Positions 1-9,646 of a DNA stretch of 44,205 nucleotides are shown one piece after another. Source of the stretch: a virus (taxonomy: Duplodnaviria; Caudoviricetes); the IMG/VR virus record IMGVR_UViG_3300037742_000079, positions 1 through 44,205 of that record. The stretch is one strand, 5' to 3'. Every line of letters starts with the position of its first letter. Positions within the stretch are counted from its first letter, which is position 1. Below the pieces are notes generated by a model, which worked only from the letters and a program-made list of their open reading frames with translations, searched no databases and was not told the origin of the DNA. The translations under genes and the position numbers were made by a program.

Positions 1-374
1 TGAGCGATCAGGTGAGCGCTCAGGTGAGCGATCAGGTGAGCGATCAGGTGAGCGATCAGGTGAGCGCTCAGGTGAGCGCTCAGGTGCGCGCTCAGGTGCG
101 CGCTCAGGTGCACGCTCAGGTGCACGCTCAGGTGCACGCTCAGGTGCGCGATCAGGTGAGCGATCAGGTTCTCGCTCAGGTGAGCGATCAGGTGCGCGAT
201 CAGGTGAGCGATCAGGTGAGCGATCAGGTGAGCGATCAGGTGAGCGCTCAGGTGAGCGATCAGGTTCTCGCTCAGGTGAGCGATCAGGTTCTCGCTCAGG
301 TGCGCGATCAGGTGCACGCTCAGGTGCACGCTCAGGTGAGCGCTCAGGTGCACGCTCAGGTGAGCGATCAGGTG
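1..374 (+). repeat. 12-bp coding tandem repeat (NNC-GMT-CAG-GTK), about 31 units encoding [S/R/H/L][D/A]QV
   Basis: Directly visible periodic CAGGTG/CAGGTT every 12 bp. Confidence 0.98.
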
Positions 375-1040
375 CACGTCTTCGACGACATTGAGGTCCG
401 ATCCCTCGCCGATCGCTTCTGGTGGTGGACGCCGGGCTCGCTCGGCAGCGCGTGGTGGATCAGCTACTTCGACTCGCTGCGCGAATGGTGCGACTTCCAG
501 AAGCTCGAGGGGCTCTCGATGATGGCCGAGAGCTGCGCCTGGGCATTCACCTTCCCCGACATCGTCGTCTTCTGTGCGCCGCCAACGATCATCGCGCGTG
601 ACGATCGCGGCCGCCTCCACTCAGACACGGGTGCCGCGGTGCTCTTCGCCGATGGCTGGGGCGTCTGGGCACATCACGGCACCCGAGTGCCACAGCAGGT
701 GATCGAAGCACCGGAGACGATGACGGCCAAGCAGATCAGGGACGAGCCGAATGCCGAGGTTCGGCGCGTCATGGTCGAGCGTTTCACGGCAGAGCGCTAC
801 ATCCGGGACATCGGCGCCCAGGTGATCGACCACTCGGACTACGGGAAGCTCTATCGGGCCGATTTCCCGGACGATGAGGCGCTGGTGGTGGTCGAGGTCG
901 AGAACTCGACCCCTGAGCCCGATGGCACGACCAAGATGTACTTCCTCCGGGTGCCGCCGACGATCGAGACGGCGAGAGAGGCCGTGGCGTGGACCTTCGA
1001 GCTGACGCCCGAAGCCTATGACGTGATGGTGCAGACGTGA
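1..1040 (+). CDS. DUF6745-like protein, C-terminal part (continues from 43465-44205 across the junction)
   Basis: xxQV tetrapeptide repeats followed by 'RDDRGRLHSDTGAAVLFADGWGVWAHHG', 'NAEVRRVMVE' and 'VEVENSTPEPDGTTKMYFLRVPP..AREAVAWTF', recognised as DUF6745-type motifs. Confidence 0.8.
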   Translation, partial: SDQVSAQVSDQVSDQVSDQVSAQVSAQVRAQVRAQVHAQVHAQVHAQVRDQVSDQVLAQVSDQVRDQVSDQVSDQVSDQVSAQVSDQVLAQVSDQVLAQVRDQVHAQVHAQVSAQVHAQVSDQVHVFDDIEVRSLADRFWWWTPGSLGSAWWISYFDSLREWCDFQKLEGLSMMAESCAWAFTFPDIVVFCAPPTIIARDDRGRLHSDTGAAVLFADGWGVWAHHGTRVPQQVIEAPETMTAKQIRDEPNAEVRRVMVERFTAERYIRDIGAQVIDHSDYGKLYRADFPDDEALVVVEVENSTPEPDGTTKMYFLRVPPTIETAREAVAWTFELTPEAYDVMVQT

Positions 1041-1276
1041 AGCGCGGGGAGATACTGGTCGAGCTGGCCAAGATGCCAGAGACCGAGGCACGCGAGAAGC
1101 TCGCGCGTGACCTCGGTCAGGCGATCGACCTAGACGACGAGTGGCGGCGCGATCTCGAGCGGCACCAGCTCGCTGTTATCGTCGATCTCGCGCAGCGGGT
1201 GGGCGTGAAGCTCGAATCGGTCGTGGTGGCCGGCGGCTATACCACGCTGCGCGTCTGCGTTGAGCGATCGCGATGA
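1037..1276 (+). CDS. hypothetical protein
   Basis: GTGA overlap with the upstream stop; 79 aa; phage-like codon usage. Confidence 0.7.
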   Translation: MKRGEILVELAKMPETEAREKLARDLGQAIDLDDEWRRDLERHQLAVIVDLAQRVGVKLESVVVAGGYTTLRVCVERSR

Positions 1277-1716
1277 AGCTGCCGGCGTACTTCGCGTACC
1301 CGGACCTTGAAGACCGGCTGGCCAACATGCTGCGCGCGCCCACGGCCGAGGCCTCGCGCTTTCGCTGGCCACCGCCGCGCACACCCATCCCGCAGACGAC
1401 GCTGCTCGATCGCATCGCGCCGATGCGCTCGGCGCTCCTACTGTCGCGCGTGCTGCCGATGCCGCCGCTCGGCTGGTGCTGGCGGCGCGAGCAGGACCGG
1501 CACGGCTACCGGCTCATGCCGCTTTGGCTCGACTGGCTGCTCGAGCTTCGCTTCTGGCGCTGGTGGCTCTTCGCGCCACTGCTGCGCTGGGGCTGGCTTG
1601 AGGCGCCGCATGACGGCTGCTACTTCCACGAGCTGAGGCCGCGCGGATGGCGCGCCTGGTGGACGCCGGAGCGTGAGGCGAGTTGGCACTACACGAAGAC
1701 CGGAGAGTGGCCATGA
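1273..1716 (+). CDS. Trp/Arg-rich hypothetical protein
   Basis: ATGA coupling at both ends; 147 aa. Confidence 0.65.
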   Translation: MKLPAYFAYPDLEDRLANMLRAPTAEASRFRWPPPRTPIPQTTLLDRIAPMRSALLLSRVLPMPPLGWCWRREQDRHGYRLMPLWLDWLLELRFWRWWLFAPLLRWGWLEAPHDGCYFHELRPRGWRAWWTPEREASWHYTKTGEWP

Positions 1717-1916
1717 GCGACCGATCCGCCTGCGAGCACTGCGGCGCCGGCTACTCAACATGGCTCGCATGCACCGAGCAGCTATGCGGTGCGCTCATCG
1801 TGCGCGAGTCTGAGCCCTCGCACTTCTGCCCGCCGCTGCGCGATCCGGTACGGGCCCGCGACGGCTGGCCAGAGCGCGATGATATCCCGAGCGCCGATCC
1901 GGAGTCGTGCGAATGA
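1713..1916 (+). CDS. small Cys-containing (possible Zn-binding) protein
   Basis: ATGA overlap at 1713; CEHC..C..C. Confidence 0.55.
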   Translation: MSDRSACEHCGAGYSTWLACTEQLCGALIVRESEPSHFCPPLRDPVRARDGWPERDDIPSADPESCE

Positions 1917-2107
1917 CGCGCCGCCAGCGCCGGCGCCGTCGCATCTGGGCGAACAAGGTCCGTCGCGCCGTTATGTGGGCTGCGCGAACCGGTGCGACCG
2001 TGGTGACGCTCCCGTGCGGGCCGCGCACGCGCTGGCTCGTCGCTAAGCCGTACCTGCATCTGCCGGTGCGCTTCGCTCCCGGTTCCACCTTCTCCCCGCG
2101 ACCGTGA
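1913..2107 (+). CDS. small basic hypothetical protein
   Basis: ATGA and GTGA coupling between neighbours. Confidence 0.5.
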   Translation: MTRRQRRRRRIWANKVRRAVMWAARTGATVVTLPCGPRTRWLVAKPYLHLPVRFAPGSTFSPRP

Positions 2108-3783
2108 CCGCGCCGGCGCTCGCACCCACCGCGCCCCGTGGCCGCGTCGCGATCCTCGCCGCCCTCGCCCAGGCGCGCGAGCGACTCCGCACCTACCGGA
2201 GTCAGTACACCGTCGAAGTGACGATCCGTGGCCAGCGGCGCGTGCTCTATCGTGCGCAGCCCAAGCAGGATTTACTGCACGGCGCTGGCGCTCCGAACAT
2301 CCTCTTCGGTGGCGCGGCCGGCGGCTCGAAGAGCCACGGGCTCCGCTGGGATGCATTCCTTAAGTGCCTGCGCGTCCGGAACCTCAAGTGCTTGTTCCTG
2401 CGCCGCACGTACCCAGAGCTGAACCGTACGCACTTGATGCGACTGCCGCACGAGCTGCCGGCCGAGATCGCGTCGTACCACAAGGGCGATCACCTCCTGA
2501 CGTTCAGGGGCACAGGCTCGATCGTCCAGTTCGCGCACTGTCAGGATATCAAGGCGCTGTCTGGCTTCCTCTCTACCGAGTGGGACGTCATCTACGTCGA
2601 TGAGGGCAGCACGTTCCTGCCGATGATGCTGAACATGCTGCAGACGCGCGCGCGCTCGACGATCGAGGGCGTCACGCCGCAGTTCATCATTGCGTCGAAC
2701 CCGGGCGGCGACGCCCATCTGTGGCTGCTCCAGCGCTTCATTGAGAAGGCAGTGCCCGAAGAGGAAGACCCGGACGGCGAGTACGATCCGGACGACTACT
2801 TCTTCATTCCCTCGCTACTCACTGATAATGCCTACATCCAGGACGCCTATGTAAAGCGTCTGCTGGCGCTGCCGGTCAACGAGCAAGACGCCTATCTCTA
2901 CGGCAAGTGGACCGCCTTCGCCGGCCAGTTCTTCCGCGAGTGGGACGCCGAGCGTCATCTGCGCCGGATCGCCAAGGTGCCCGACTGGTGGGAGCTTGAG
3001 GCCGGCATGGATTGGGGCTACTCGCCGGACCCTGGGGTCGTCGAGCTGGCCGCCTTCGACGAGTTCGGACGCGCGCACTTTATTCGCGAGCTGCTCTTCT
3101 CCGAATCGAGCGCGCGCCAAGTGGCGCAGCAGATGTACGACGCTTTTCCCGAGGGTCGCACCCGCGAGATCATCGTGCGCGGGGATACGCAGATGTGGGC
3201 CAAGAATCCGGAGACGCACGTCTCGATTGCCGGTGCGATCAACGACGCGCTGGCCGAGCTTGGGTCCAAGATGACGCTGGTCCAGGCCAACAAGGACCGA
3301 ACGAACGGCTGGATGCGCGTGCGGCAGTTCCTCTCCTTCCGCCGCGACCCCAACCCGCCGAAGGACGATCCCCTGCGCATCTCGCCGGGGATGGTTGTCG
3401 CGCAGCCCGATGTGCAGACCGGCTACGGCTGCCCCTATCTGGCGGCAACGATCGGCGCGCAGCGCTATGACGATCGTCCCGGCCATGTCGGCGACATGAA
3501 GCCCAGCAGCAACGATCACGGCTGCGACGCGGGCCGCTATCTACTGATCGCGCACGAGCCGCTGTCCGAGGTGCCGATCGAGGAACAGCCGGGCAAGGCG
3601 CATCACGAGATCGTGCACGAGCGGAACCGGAAGATCATCGAGCGGATCGCGGCCGCCGCGGCGCTTGAGCATCCGGAGTTGGCGACGATGCCGGCCGTGC
3701 TCAAGCCGGACGCGCTCTCGATCGTGGCCGATCAGGTCGACGGCGAAGCCAGTCCCGGCGATCTCTCGGCCTTCTATGGCTGA
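2104..3783 (+). CDS. terL: terminase large subunit
   Basis: Walker A GGAAGGSKS, Walker B IYVDE, coupling motif ASNPGG, nuclease GMDWG and DHGCDAGRY. Confidence 0.95.
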   Translation: MTAPALAPTAPRGRVAILAALAQARERLRTYRSQYTVEVTIRGQRRVLYRAQPKQDLLHGAGAPNILFGGAAGGSKSHGLRWDAFLKCLRVRNLKCLFLRRTYPELNRTHLMRLPHELPAEIASYHKGDHLLTFRGTGSIVQFAHCQDIKALSGFLSTEWDVIYVDEGSTFLPMMLNMLQTRARSTIEGVTPQFIIASNPGGDAHLWLLQRFIEKAVPEEEDPDGEYDPDDYFFIPSLLTDNAYIQDAYVKRLLALPVNEQDAYLYGKWTAFAGQFFREWDAERHLRRIAKVPDWWELEAGMDWGYSPDPGVVELAAFDEFGRAHFIRELLFSESSARQVAQQMYDAFPEGRTREIIVRGDTQMWAKNPETHVSIAGAINDALAELGSKMTLVQANKDRTNGWMRVRQFLSFRRDPNPPKDDPLRISPGMVVAQPDVQTGYGCPYLAATIGAQRYDDRPGHVGDMKPSSNDHGCDAGRYLLIAHEPLSEVPIEEQPGKAHHEIVHERNRKIIERIAAAAALEHPELATMPAVLKPDALSIVADQVDGEASPGDLSAFYG

Positions 3784-3822
3784 TGCTGGCGCGCTGCGAG
3801 GGTGCAGTATAGGTTGGGCAGC

Positions 3823-3894
3823 AGCAGGGTGACGCAGCGGTAGCGTGCGAGGCTCATAACCTCGAAGTCGCGGGTTCGATTCCCGCCCCTGCCA
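3823..3894 (+). tRNA. tRNA-Met (CAT), initiator-like; CCA not encoded
   Basis: Cloverleaf: AGCAGGG/CCCTGCC-A acceptor (A1xC72 mismatch), D stem ACGC/GCGT, anticodon arm CGAGG-CTCATAA-CCTCG, T arm GCGGG-TTCGATT-CCCGC. Confidence 0.92.
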
Positions 3895-3898
3895 TACT

Positions 3899-3969
3899 GA
3901 TCCACTCGGCCACCAAGGCCCGCTTCCTCTGATCGAGGGGGCGGGCCTTTCGTCGTTTCCGGAGGACGC
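3899..3969 (+). promoter_or_regulatory. conserved hairpin leader plus SD, copy 1
   Basis: CTCGGCC..AAGGCCCGCTTCCTC-loop-GAGGGGGCGGGCCTT..TCGTCGTTTCCGGAGG before ATG 3970; homologous to 6881-6950 and 18675-18743. Confidence 0.7.
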
Positions 3970-4359
3970 ATGCTCGTCGCTGGTGCCCTGCTGCTCGGTC
4001 TCGTACTCGGCGTCGCGTTCGCGCTCGGGCTCGCCGAGCGACTCGATCGCGAACGCCGCCGCGCCACCGATGCGCACGCCATCTTACTCGGCGAGGCGCT
4101 CACGTTCGAGCGAAGCCGCGTCAGGGACCTGGCCGGCATGCTCGACCAAGCGACCGCTGACCGGCTCCGCGTCGCACCGCCCGAGAGCGTGCACACCGGC
4201 CCGGCCGAGACGCCGCTCCCGCCCGAGATGCTCGCCGAGTTGGAAGCGCTCGACAGTGACGCGGCCCGCGCCGAGTACGAGTTGGTCTTCCGCGAAGCGA
4301 TTCGCCTGCACCCTGAGAAGACGACGGCCGAACTTATTGCCGCGGTCATGCCCGCGTGA
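3970..4359 (+). CDS. hypothetical protein with N-terminal hydrophobic segment
   Basis: GGAGG SD; hydrophobic N-terminus; GTGA overlap with portal. Confidence 0.75.
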   Translation: MLVAGALLLGLVLGVAFALGLAERLDRERRRATDAHAILLGEALTFERSRVRDLAGMLDQATADRLRVAPPESVHTGPAETPLPPEMLAELEALDSDAARAEYELVFREAIRLHPEKTTAELIAAVMPA

Positions 4360-6788
4360 CCAGTCCCGCGAACCTGGAGAAGGTGAACGGCCTGATGCAG
4401 CGGCTGAGCCGGGCGTTCAGTGGTCCCGACCGCCAGACGCCGGGATTCGATGGCCGCGCCGCCAAGCCCGCCGTTACCGCGCTCAAAAAGGTCGGGCTCT
4501 CAGCGGTCACGTACAACGGCACCGACGCCGAGCTGCAAGACTTCGTGCAGCGGTTGGAGGACGAGCAGAACTGGCTGGTGTGGGAGCGCATGCGCGAGTG
4601 GATGCTCCACCTCTACTACGTCGGTGGCGAGCAGCGGCTCACCTGGCACAAGGGGCGACGCGCGTACCTCCCGCGGCCCACGATGCCCTGGACGGTCAAG
4701 AGCTTCTACAACGTCTGCGCCAAGGCCGAGAACTATCGCGTCTCCCGTCTCACTGAGAACAAGCCCTCGGTCAGCGTGCAGGCACGCACCGCCAGCCGCG
4801 ACGACATCGAGAAGGCCGAGTACAAGGAGCAGCTCTTCTGGTACCTCTGGGACCGGCTGCAGCTGCACCAGAAGATCGTCCGCGCCCGGCGCTGGGGATT
4901 CAAGACGGGCTCGGGCTTCCTCAAGGTCGGCTGGGACCCCGAAGCCGGGCCCGCCTGTCCAGCCACGCGACAGGTCCCGCGCAAGCGAGCAATCCCGGTC
5001 CTCGATGATCTGGGCCAGCCCGTCATGGACGAGATGGGCCAGGCGCAGACGGAAGAGATCATCGACGGCGTTGACGAGTTCTACTTGGACGCCAAAGGCG
5101 AAGAGGTCGGGCCGGTCGAGATCGAAGAGGCCGATCCGATCACGGGCGACGTCAAGCGCACCAAGGCGCCGATCCCGCAGGAGACCGAGTACTACCACGA
5201 GGGTGAGGTCTACTGTGAGGTCGTCCCGCCCTTTGAGCTGCGTTGGGACCGCTTCACCGATGCGCTTGAGGACAGCTGGTACATCCAGCATATCCGCGTG
5301 CGGCCCATGTCGCAGATTCTGGCCGACTTCCCCGAGAAGGCCGACGAGCTGCGCGAAGCCAACATCGCGGAGGACTCGGACTCATTCATGCGCTGGACCG
5401 GGCTCGTCTCGACTTCGGGCACCGCCGAGTCGCCCGGCTTCTCGCGCGCCAACCGGCGGGCCGGCACAACGCAGGCCGATGAAGACGCCTTTCTGCAGCG
5501 CGAATATCGCCAGGTCGAGACGTGGATCTACCCAAAGAACGATCTGCTGCGTCGGCTCTGGGGCGAGCGCGGTGCGGTCATCACGACCGTGGGCGGCGTC
5601 CTGGTCGAGAAGAAGCCCATGCGCGAGTGGGCCACCAAGGCCTGCAACTTCATCCAGATTCCCGACACGATCGAAGAGGGGAACCACTACGGCAAGCCGC
5701 CCATGCGCGACTTGGTCCCGCTCCAGGACGATATCAACCGCTCGCGCTCGATGCAGGCCGAGCGCTTGGCGATCATCACGCGGCTACTCCTCTGGGCGCC
5801 CAACAACCACGGGATGAACGTCAACATCTTGGGCCACTTGCCCGGGATGCTGCTCACTACGCGGAGCAAGGACCACAAGCCCGAAGCGCTCGACCTCGGG
5901 AGCAACGACCCCGGCATCGAGAACTTCTATAACGGCTCGCTGAATGCGTTCAACGACCTCGGCAACACCAATGAGGCCAGCTCGGGGAAGCTCCCGAGTG
6001 CGGGCTTGGCGGCCAAGGCGATCTACGCGCTCCAGTACGCGGACGAGCGGAGCATTACTGAGACCAGCAACCTGCAAGACTTGGCGCTCAAGCGCCTGGC
6101 CGAAGCGCTCGATGCCGTCACGCGCGTCGAGTACACCGAGACGCGGAAGATTCGCCTGGTCGGTCCCGACCGCTCCTTCTTGGTCGAGCACGAGATCGGC
6201 CCCGACGTGCTCAAGGTGGACGTCGACTACACGTTCGTTCCGGGCTCGATGCTCTCGCGCCAGAAAGACGCGGTGAAGAACGAAATGTTCACGCTCCTCG
6301 AGGCGGGCGTGATCTCGCTCGCCGAGCTGCGGAAGCATCTGCCGACGGTCACGCCCGACATGTTCCGCCTCTCCTACGATCTACAGGAAGCCAAGGCGCG
6401 CCGACTGCTGAGCAAGATGAAGCGCCAGTCGACGCCGACCCCGGTGACTCCCGAGCCGTGGGACGATCCGCAGGTCTTTGCGGGTGTGCTTGAGGAGTAC
6501 ATGCTCTCGGCCGAGTGGGAGCAGTTCGCGACCTCGGCCCAAAAGGGCGCCGTGTCGCAGCTCTGGCAGGCGTACAAGCTGCAGGCGCAGATGGCCGCCG
6601 CGGGGCAAGCGATGCCCGGCGCACCGGGTGCGGCCGCTCAGGCGGGCCAGCCCGCGCCGGGCGGCGTCGATGGTGGCACGCCCGCTGGTGGCGAGCCGAT
6701 GCAGCCCGGCGGCGTACCCGGCACGGCCGGCGCGCAGTCGCTCGAAGAGGAAGCAGTCAGCGAGATGGAGCCCGCGCCCGCGATGTAG
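4356..6788 (+). CDS. portal protein (P22-like)
   Basis: 810 aa after terL; 'GSGFLKVGWD', 'VVPPFEL', 'RDLVPLQDDIN'; Q/A/P-rich C-terminal tail. Confidence 0.88.
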   Translation: MTSPANLEKVNGLMQRLSRAFSGPDRQTPGFDGRAAKPAVTALKKVGLSAVTYNGTDAELQDFVQRLEDEQNWLVWERMREWMLHLYYVGGEQRLTWHKGRRAYLPRPTMPWTVKSFYNVCAKAENYRVSRLTENKPSVSVQARTASRDDIEKAEYKEQLFWYLWDRLQLHQKIVRARRWGFKTGSGFLKVGWDPEAGPACPATRQVPRKRAIPVLDDLGQPVMDEMGQAQTEEIIDGVDEFYLDAKGEEVGPVEIEEADPITGDVKRTKAPIPQETEYYHEGEVYCEVVPPFELRWDRFTDALEDSWYIQHIRVRPMSQILADFPEKADELREANIAEDSDSFMRWTGLVSTSGTAESPGFSRANRRAGTTQADEDAFLQREYRQVETWIYPKNDLLRRLWGERGAVITTVGGVLVEKKPMREWATKACNFIQIPDTIEEGNHYGKPPMRDLVPLQDDINRSRSMQAERLAIITRLLLWAPNNHGMNVNILGHLPGMLLTTRSKDHKPEALDLGSNDPGIENFYNGSLNAFNDLGNTNEASSGKLPSAGLAAKAIYALQYADERSITETSNLQDLALKRLAEALDAVTRVEYTETRKIRLVGPDRSFLVEHEIGPDVLKVDVDYTFVPGSMLSRQKDAVKNEMFTLLEAGVISLAELRKHLPTVTPDMFRLSYDLQEAKARRLLSKMKRQSTPTPVTPEPWDDPQVFAGVLEEYMLSAEWEQFATSAQKGAVSQLWQAYKLQAQMAAAGQAMPGAPGAAAQAGQPAPGGVDGGTPAGGEPMQPGGVPGTAGAQSLEEEAVSEMEPAPAM

Positions 6789-6794
6789 GTAGGC

Positions 6795-6823
6795 TTGCGC
6801 GCAGGCGCGGGCACTGGTAGCGT
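6795..6823 (+). promoter_or_regulatory. putative sigma70-type promoter
   Basis: TTGCGC-N17-TAGCGT in the intergenic gap upstream of the scaffold/capsid genes. Confidence 0.55.
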
Positions 6824-6880
6824 AGTCGCAACAGAAGCACTGATTGCACCCGCGCGCGGATCAACCCGCGCCCGAACGTT

Positions 6881-6950
6881 CTGCTCCGGCCACGACGGCC
6901 CGCTGTCCTCTTACGAGGGCGGCGGGCCGTTTGTGCTTCCGGGAGGTCCC
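6881..6950 (+). promoter_or_regulatory. conserved hairpin leader plus SD, copy 2
   Basis: CTCCGGCCACGACGGCCCGCTGTCCTC-TTAC-GAGGGCGGCGGGCCGTTTGTGCTTCCGGGAGG before ATG 6951. Confidence 0.7.
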
Positions 6951-8249
6951 ATGCCCGACACCGTCGCCCCGATCGCTGCTCCCGCTGCCGCCGCAGTGGC
7001 GCCCGTCTCCGCGCCTGTCGCCGAGACCACCGCCGCCCCGGTCGCACCGCCTGCCGCATCGAGCGATCCCGCGGCACCGAACAAGCCGGCGTCATTTCGT
7101 GGAATCTTCCGCGAGAAGATGAAGGAGCTCAAGGCCGAACAGGCCGAGCTCGCAGAGGGCGCGACGGGTGAGAACGCCCAAGGCACCGACGATACCATTC
7201 CGCCGGCGGATCGTGGAAGCACCGCCGGCGATGAGGCAGGAAAGGCGAAGACTGGAACGAGCGAGGGTGACGGGACGGGCGGCGAGGAACCATCCGGTGG
7301 GGAGGGCGAGCCGTCGTCCGCGCCCGCGCCCAAGCTCATTCAGCACGCCAAGTACGAGCTGGTCGACAGTGAAGGCACGCCGCAGTCCGTCGCATGGCCC
7401 GAGGGCGTCGCGCTGGAGCTCAAGCCCAGCGAGGGCAAGGCGCACCAGGTCAAGGACTTCGACGAGCTCGCCTCGCTCGCCGTTCAGGGACTCGAGTTGC
7501 GCCGCGTCGTCGCACGGAAGGGCAACGAGATTCAACAGATTCGGTCGCAGTTCCACGCCGACCGTCTCAAGTTCGAGACCGAGAACGAGGAGACGCTGCT
7601 CGCGGTCGTGTTCGACGACGAGGTGCGCGATCAGCTGCAGGAGAAGTTGGCCGCCTTCCGCGATCCCGCCGTGCGGAAGCTGGCCCAGGAGAACCGCGCC
7701 ACCAAGGCGGCCGAAGCCGCCAGTGCCGCCGAACACGAGGAAGCCGCCGCCGAGCAGACGACGCAGCTGTATGCGATCGCCGACGCGCGCTTTGGCGCCC
7801 TCCTCAGAGAGTTCCCGCACTTGGTCGCCGACGATGCGCTGGCGATCAAGCAAGCACTGCACGCGAAGTACCTGTCCGCACGTCAGACGCAGGGCGACGA
7901 CGCCGCCATTCGTGGCGCCTTCAACGACACCGCCCTCCGGTCTGCCATGGACGAGTTGAACGCGCGCTACGCGAAGCGCCTCGGGAAGCCTGCCGCACCG
8001 CCGCCGGTCACGACGGGCTCGCCCGCCGCACCGCCCGCGCCTGCCAAGGGTTCCGACGTCGTCGCGCGAGCCGCCCAGCACAACGCCAGGGTAGACGCTG
8101 CGCTCGAGAACAAGCCGGCCTCCCGATCGATGCGCGGCGCGGGTGCGCCTCCCGTCGGTGGAGACCCGGAGCCCAAGCCGCCCGCCTCGTGGGAAGAGGG
8201 GAAGGCGCGGCGGAAGGCCTTGTTCGCGGCCGTGGCCCAAGAGCCCTGA
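6951..8249 (+). CDS. putative capsid scaffolding protein
   Basis: Lies between portal and capsid; acidic/low-complexity N-terminus, helical core, Pro-rich C-terminus; GGAGG SD before ATG 6951. Confidence 0.7.
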   Translation: MPDTVAPIAAPAAAAVAPVSAPVAETTAAPVAPPAASSDPAAPNKPASFRGIFREKMKELKAEQAELAEGATGENAQGTDDTIPPADRGSTAGDEAGKAKTGTSEGDGTGGEEPSGGEGEPSSAPAPKLIQHAKYELVDSEGTPQSVAWPEGVALELKPSEGKAHQVKDFDELASLAVQGLELRRVVARKGNEIQQIRSQFHADRLKFETENEETLLAVVFDDEVRDQLQEKLAAFRDPAVRKLAQENRATKAAEAASAAEHEEAAAEQTTQLYAIADARFGALLREFPHLVADDALAIKQALHAKYLSARQTQGDDAAIRGAFNDTALRSAMDELNARYAKRLGKPAAPPPVTTGSPAAPPAPAKGSDVVARAAQHNARVDAALENKPASRSMRGAGAPPVGGDPEPKPPASWEEGKARRKALFAAVAQEP

Positions 8250-8320
8250 GCGCGTTCACGCGCGCGTCGCAAGACGCTCACTCCATCGCAGACCGCCCGG
8301 CCCCCTGGAGGGCCTGACCA

Positions 8321-9592
8321 GTGACCACGTACGCACAAATCTCCACGCTCGCGACGGCGGCCGTCGAGTCGACCTTCAAGGAGGTCTACACGATCGCGGC
8401 GTCGCTCGTGCCCGAGAGCAACGTGCTCTCCGCACAGTTCGCCAAGACCACCAAGGTGCAGCCCGGCCCCGAAGGCGTCGTCTTCAACGCGAAGACGGAG
8501 TCCGGTGGCGGCGTCGCCAACGTGCCAGACGGCAAGCTGCTCCCCGACCCCTCGGCCCCGCAGCGCAAGCGCGGCACGACGAACATCGTGCACGCCTACA
8601 CCGTCATGGCGATCGGCGGTCAGAGCATCGCGCTCACCCGCACCAACAAGCAGGCCTTCCTCGAGAACCTCGAGGACCAGTTCGAAGACGGCATGGAGCG
8701 CGTCAAGGAAGACGTCGAGCGCCAGCTGAACGGCGACTCGCGCGGCATCCTGGCGGTGGTCGAGACGATCGCCGGCGCGCCGACCTATGGCGTCTACCGT
8801 CCGTACGGCTTCACCACGCCGGCCGGTGCGCCCGGTACGATGCTCTTCAAGGAGGGCATGGTCGTCGCGTTGATCAACCCCGCCGACGGGGTTGAGCGCG
8901 GGCGCGCGACGGTCACGGCCGTCGATGTCGATGACGACGAGATCACGCTCTCGGCGGTGATCGCCGCCGACGCGATTGGCGACTACATCGTGCTGGCCAA
9001 CGCGGTCGATGCGACCGGCGCCGATGCGGTGAACAACTACCTCGGCGAGGCCAACGGCATCTTCGCCAACAACAACTCGGGCGACGAGTTCGAGGGCATC
9101 GACGGCGCGACCGTGCGCCGCTGGAACTCGCCGCGCGACGATCTGGCCGGTGTGCCGATCACGGAGAAGCTTCTTGCCCAGACCGAGGCCAAGATCAAGG
9201 CCAAGAGCGGCAAGAAGCCCAACCTGCACTACACGACCCGCGGCATCTCGATCGACCTGCAGTCGCAGCTGGCCGGCACCATCCGCCGCACCCAGAGCAC
9301 CAAGCTCAAGGGCGGTTACGACGGGCTGGACATCAACGGCCGCACCGTCATCGAGGGCGACTTCGCGGTCAAGGGCACCTGGTCGATGCTCAACACCGAC
9401 GAGGAGTGCGTGGCGATGATGGACCTCGCCAAGATGGGCTACATCGACACCGACGGAGCCAAGCTCCATCGGATCGAAGGCCGCCATGCGTTCCGCGCTG
9501 ATCTGTGGTTCCCGTTCGGCCCGGTGTGGTACGACCGGCCGGCGCACCGCTCGATCATCAACGCGCAGGACGACCTGACCATCCTCCGCTAA
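8321..9592 (+). CDS. major capsid protein
   Basis: 423 aa, strong codon bias, 'FKEVY', 'KEDVERQLNGDSRGILAVV'; position after scaffold. Confidence 0.85.
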   Translation: MTTYAQISTLATAAVESTFKEVYTIAASLVPESNVLSAQFAKTTKVQPGPEGVVFNAKTESGGGVANVPDGKLLPDPSAPQRKRGTTNIVHAYTVMAIGGQSIALTRTNKQAFLENLEDQFEDGMERVKEDVERQLNGDSRGILAVVETIAGAPTYGVYRPYGFTTPAGAPGTMLFKEGMVVALINPADGVERGRATVTAVDVDDDEITLSAVIAADAIGDYIVLANAVDATGADAVNNYLGEANGIFANNNSGDEFEGIDGATVRRWNSPRDDLAGVPITEKLLAQTEAKIKAKSGKKPNLHYTTRGISIDLQSQLAGTIRRTQSTKLKGGYDGLDINGRTVIEGDFAVKGTWSMLNTDEECVAMMDLAKMGYIDTDGAKLHRIEGRHAFRADLWFPFGPVWYDRPAHRSIINAQDDLTILR

Positions 9593-9646
9593 CCACTCAC
9601 CGGCGGGCGGGGCCTCATGGCCCCGCTCGTCATCGGAGGACGCAGC

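Noticed and set aside
1-374. CRISPR array interpretation of the terminal repeats
   Set aside because: Units are contiguous 12-mers with no unique spacers, they are in frame within a protein, and there are no cas genes.
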